From Nitrospirota bacterium (GTDB lineage Bacteria; Nitrospirota; Thermodesulfovibrionia; JACRGW01; JBFLZU01): a stretch of 51,236 nt of DNA. The notes beneath the pieces are model-generated. The model did not search any database. It saw only the letters and a list, made by a program, of their open reading frames with translations, and was not told the origin of the DNA. Below, one piece after another: positions 48,858 to 51,236 of the stretch (the first letter of the stretch is position 1; each line of letters opens with the position of its first letter). Both the position numbers and the translations under genes were made by a program. The stretch spans positions 1 to 51,236 of the forward strand of contig JBFLZU010000065.1 in the NCBI GenBank assembly GCA_040756155.1. Reading direction: 5' to 3'.

Positions 48858-48897
48858 AGCAAGCTACAGGAAATCTTTGAAATGTAAGAAATTATTT
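48858..48897 (-). repeat. Right copy of the 40-nt imperfect inverted repeat (partner 6879-6918)
   Basis: AGCAAGCTACAGGAAATCTTTGAAATGTAAGAAATTATTT is 35/40 identical to the reverse complement of 6879-6918. Lies 29 nt upstream of the sigma-factor ATG. Confidence 0.8.
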
Positions 48898-48900
48898 TAT

Positions 48901-49986
48901 TTAAATTCGCTCGCTAATGCGCTCGCTTTGTATTTTCAATAGAGAGTCGATTGAGACATCAATATCTGTACAAAAATCAATAATCCTTTTTATCTCGTCT
49001 TTAAATCTTTTTAATCCTTCTACCTTTATCTTTTTTTCGCCAAGCAAATACTTAACCTTAGAAAGTTTATCGTGGACATCATCAAATAATACATGGATAT
49101 GCCTGTATCTATCTATTATCTCAAGGGATTTATTCCTTTCAATAGCCGTCTTCAAGTGGTTCTTTACTTTCTCGTAGTCCGGTGGATACGATGTTCCATT
49201 TAACCTTCTTGTAAGTTCTGCATCTTTTTTATTAATTATTTTTTGAAGTTCACTTATTTGATTAACAAGACCATCCTTTTCACGCTGAAATACCGCTACA
49301 AGTTTCTCTATCTGTTCCTCCATATTTTTTTCATAATCTTTAATCTTATCTGTTTTTATTTTCAGTTCGTTTTTATACCCGTTAACCTCATCGTTTCTCT
49401 CAGCGATAATCCAGCTTAATTCTTCGATTTTCTTATCTTTTTCATCATCTCTCATTACCTTATTATCTTTTACTTTGATATGTTGACCATTTCCCGTGCT
49501 ATTATAGGGCATCCCCTGCCCTTCTTTGATTACTTCTTTAAGTTCTGCTCGGTTCAAGTCTTTCCCTTTTTTCACAATGCCACTCGATACCACCACATGC
49601 TCACTATCCAGGAATATTCTCTTTTCTTCTGCAGTAAGATGGTCGAGCAGAGAGTATCTTGTATAACCGATTTCTTCAAGAATATTCTCTGAATTTTCTT
49701 CGATTGACCTTTCCGCCGCGTTCATTATCCTGTAGCCTGTCTGGACCGTAATACCAACCTCTTCCTCAAGCCATCTTTTAAAGTTGCCTCCTTCTATCGC
49801 CATCTTATTCTTTGCAACAATAATACGGATCCCTAACTCGACCAGATTTATACGAGAGCGATAAAGAAGTAAATTGTATTGCTGGTACAGTGATTTTATT
49901 TCTTCTGTCAGGAGATTTAATGGTTTTTTCTCATGTATTGAAAGATAATCATCAATCTTTCTATAACTCTCAACATACTCCTTCAT
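48901..49986 (-). CDS. DUF3102-like N-terminal domain protein with long coiled-coil C-terminus
   Basis: 361 aa. ELGIRIIVAKNKMAIEGGNFKRWLEEEVGITVQTGYRIMNAAE follows the DUF3102 pattern (iG..L...K......G.f..Wl.e......tA.r.M). The C-terminal half is Lys/Glu-rich and heptad-like. Confidence 0.5.
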   Translation of the reverse strand: MKEYVESYRKIDDYLSIHEKKPLNLLTEEIKSLYQQYNLLLYRSRINLVELGIRIIVAKNKMAIEGGNFKRWLEEEVGITVQTGYRIMNAAERSIEENSENILEEIGYTRYSLLDHLTAEEKRIFLDSEHVVVSSGIVKKGKDLNRAELKEVIKEGQGMPYNSTGNGQHIKVKDNKVMRDDEKDKKIEELSWIIAERNDEVNGYKNELKIKTDKIKDYEKNMEEQIEKLVAVFQREKDGLVNQISELQKIINKKDAELTRRLNGTSYPPDYEKVKNHLKTAIERNKSLEIIDRYRHIHVLFDDVHDKLSKVKYLLGEKKIKVEGLKRFKDEIKRIIDFCTDIDVSIDSLLKIQSERISERI

Positions 49987-50010
49987 GGGGTATTTCCCTT
50001 CACTTCGCTT

Positions 50011-50256
50011 TCACTCGCTATGCATTTTCGAGTGTTTCTCAAGTTCTAATCTGATTAGATTCAATATAGCAATCTCTATATCCTTCCCTTTATATCGCTT
50101 GGTAATGTCTACATTCTCACTGACAATCTCTTTTAGCATCTTCTTTAGGGTTTTCTTACGCATATTAGCAATGACCCCGAGGGCTTGAATGTATGAATGA
50201 TTTATCTTCAAGGTTAACCTTTTCCCATTAATAACAAAAGATTTTCTCAGCATCAT
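50011..50256 (-). CDS. Small hypothetical protein (81 aa), possible DNA-binding regulator
   Basis: Starts ATGATG 8 nt downstream of a perfect -10 box. Basic; no confident fold call. Confidence 0.45.
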   Translation of the reverse strand: MMLRKSFVINGKRLTLKINHSYIQALGVIANMRKKTLKKMLKEIVSENVDITKRYKGKDIEIAILNLIRLELEKHSKMHSE

Positions 50257-50264
50257 GTTTTCAT

Positions 50265-50315
50265 ATTATACTAATTCTTTTTCGAAATGTCAATAAAAAA
50301 ATTTCAAATTGAAAT
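50265..50315 (-). promoter_or_regulatory. Perfect-consensus sigma-70 promoter (TTGACA-17-TATAAT) with adjacent palindrome; predicts a leaderless mRNA
   Basis: On the minus strand: TTGACA (50293-50288), 17-nt spacer (50287-50271), TATAAT (50270-50265), then only 8 nt (ATGAAAAC) before ATG 50256, with no SD. Palindrome ATTTCAA-A-TTGAAAT at 50301-50315, just upstream of the -35. Confidence 0.7.
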
Positions 50316-50396
50316 ATTTTTTAAAAATTTGTTACTTTTTCTTGGCAAGGCACTATAAAATTGATATTTTTGAAATCGTTGCAGCTCTACAGAGGA

Positions 50397-50948
50397 TTAT
50401 TCTTTTATGATTATTTTCGTTAAGGAATTTTTTATGATTTTAGCAATCTCCATAGCGTTAGAATCAAACATTCTAATACATTTATAACTGCTTCGTTTAC
50501 CGATTGAATCTGTTTGGTTTGTCCCGTGAATCCTCACAGGCTCGTTAAAATTCTTAAATTTTATTATAAATTTAACTTTCCCCATGGCATTGCGGGGATC
50601 TCCTGGCTTGATCGCTAAAGGCAGTATTTCTCCATCCTGAAGATAAGCAAGACGGATATTCGCTGTCGGGTACCAGTATGGATTTAACTCAATTCTTTCT
50701 ATTTCTCCAGTCATTGGTAGGAGATAATAGTCTTTAGTCGGTGCGCCAATGGGATATGAGCTGATTTTTGTGTAGGATTGTATTTCTTTCTGGCTTCCAT
50801 TTATCTGCCAGAGAGTTATTTTAAAGTCATTGACTGATATGACTATGAGGTAACGATATAATCCAGAGGATTCTGTTTTTCCAGTCCAGGATAGGATTGA
50901 GATCAAAATTATTGCAATTGCGATAAATATAATTTTTAAGGTTCGCAT
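50397..50948 (-). CDS. L,D-transpeptidase (YkuD domain)
   Basis: 183 aa with a signal/anchor. VRIHGTNQTDSIGKRSSYKCIRM (His ... Cys-x-Arg catalytic pattern). AGGAGG SD. Confidence 0.7.
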   Translation of the reverse strand: MRTLKIIFIAIAIILISILSWTGKTESSGLYRYLIVISVNDFKITLWQINGSQKEIQSYTKISSYPIGAPTKDYYLLPMTGEIERIELNPYWYPTANIRLAYLQDGEILPLAIKPGDPRNAMGKVKFIIKFKNFNEPVRIHGTNQTDSIGKRSSYKCIRMFDSNAMEIAKIIKNSLTKIIIKE

Positions 50949-51113
50949 CTCACACCTCCTCTTTGACTATATTTGAATATATTCTACTATTCAACTTTCA
51001 TCTTATCTCTTTATATCATTTTTATTCTAAAAATTCAAATTCTCTGGTAAGATTATCAAAAATAAGGGATAAGTTAGTCAGTAATTAAAGTATGTCAATT
51101 AAAAATTACGAGA

Positions 51114-51193
51114 CTTTCCCACATTTTCGGCTAAAAATACCTTTTTATTGTTATCAATCAAGGAGTTGTCATCTTTCCCGAATTTTCGGCTAA
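51114..51193. repeat. Two 21-nt direct repeats CTTTCCC[ACA/GAA]TTTTCGGCTAA, 59-bp register
   Basis: 51114-51134 and 51173-51193 are identical at 19/21. They lie in a non-coding-looking region at the window edge. Confidence 0.75.
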
Positions 51194-51236
51194 CTCGTTG
51201 TCCAGATAATGTTTAACCTGGTAGAGTTTCAGATGA

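Overview
AT-rich window, about 32-38% GC by hand counts of sample lines. Positions 1-6808 carry ordinary chromosomal-type genes: a GC-anomalous ZIP-like permease with a cNMP-binding domain, a SuhB-like IMPase, a Ste24/M48 protease, a DUF457-like hydrolase, an AmmeMemoRadiSam-type radical-SAM enzyme and alanine dehydrogenase. Everything from ~6.8 kb to the right edge looks accessory.

(i) A plus-strand defence block at 7.0-13.6 kb. It holds an uncharacterised 471-aa protein with a C-terminal Mrr/PD-(D/E)xK-like module, preceded by two tiny ORFs. Two complete type II R-M pairs follow; one methyltransferase is fused to a degenerate SNase-like OB fold.

(ii) A ~34.5-kb, almost entirely minus-strand, tightly overlapping gene array (48829 down to 14266). 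It opens with an element-encoded sigma-70-family factor. It then runs through a secretin/GspE/GspF/prepilin type IVb-pilus or T2SS-like machine, a lytic transglycosylase and a DsbC-like protein. Next comes an F-type type IV secretion gene set (TraA-like, L, E, K, B, V ... C, U ... H, G-like). It ends in a VirD4/TraD-type coupling protein and a Replic_Relax-type protein. No canonical relaxase, prepilin peptidase or integrase is visible in the window.

The T4SS array is interrupted by a decayed type I R-M locus (hsdR and hsdM pseudogenes, a small two-gene module, a RAYT/IS200-like remnant with REP-like hairpins) and by non-T4SS cargo.

Sequence-level oddities:
- 7-bp-periodic TTTGAGA tracts, and a 26-nt palindromic core sitting in frame inside periplasmic T4SS proteins.
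- GC-rich nested hairpin elements in intergenic gaps.
- A 40-nt imperfect inverted repeat pair 42 kb apart (6879-6918 / 48858-48897).
- A vestigial methyltransferase 5' end at 8921-8962.
- A perfect-consensus, apparently leaderless promoter at 50265-50293.

No rRNA, tRNA or CRISPR array was seen. All family names come from motif recognition by eye; no search was run.
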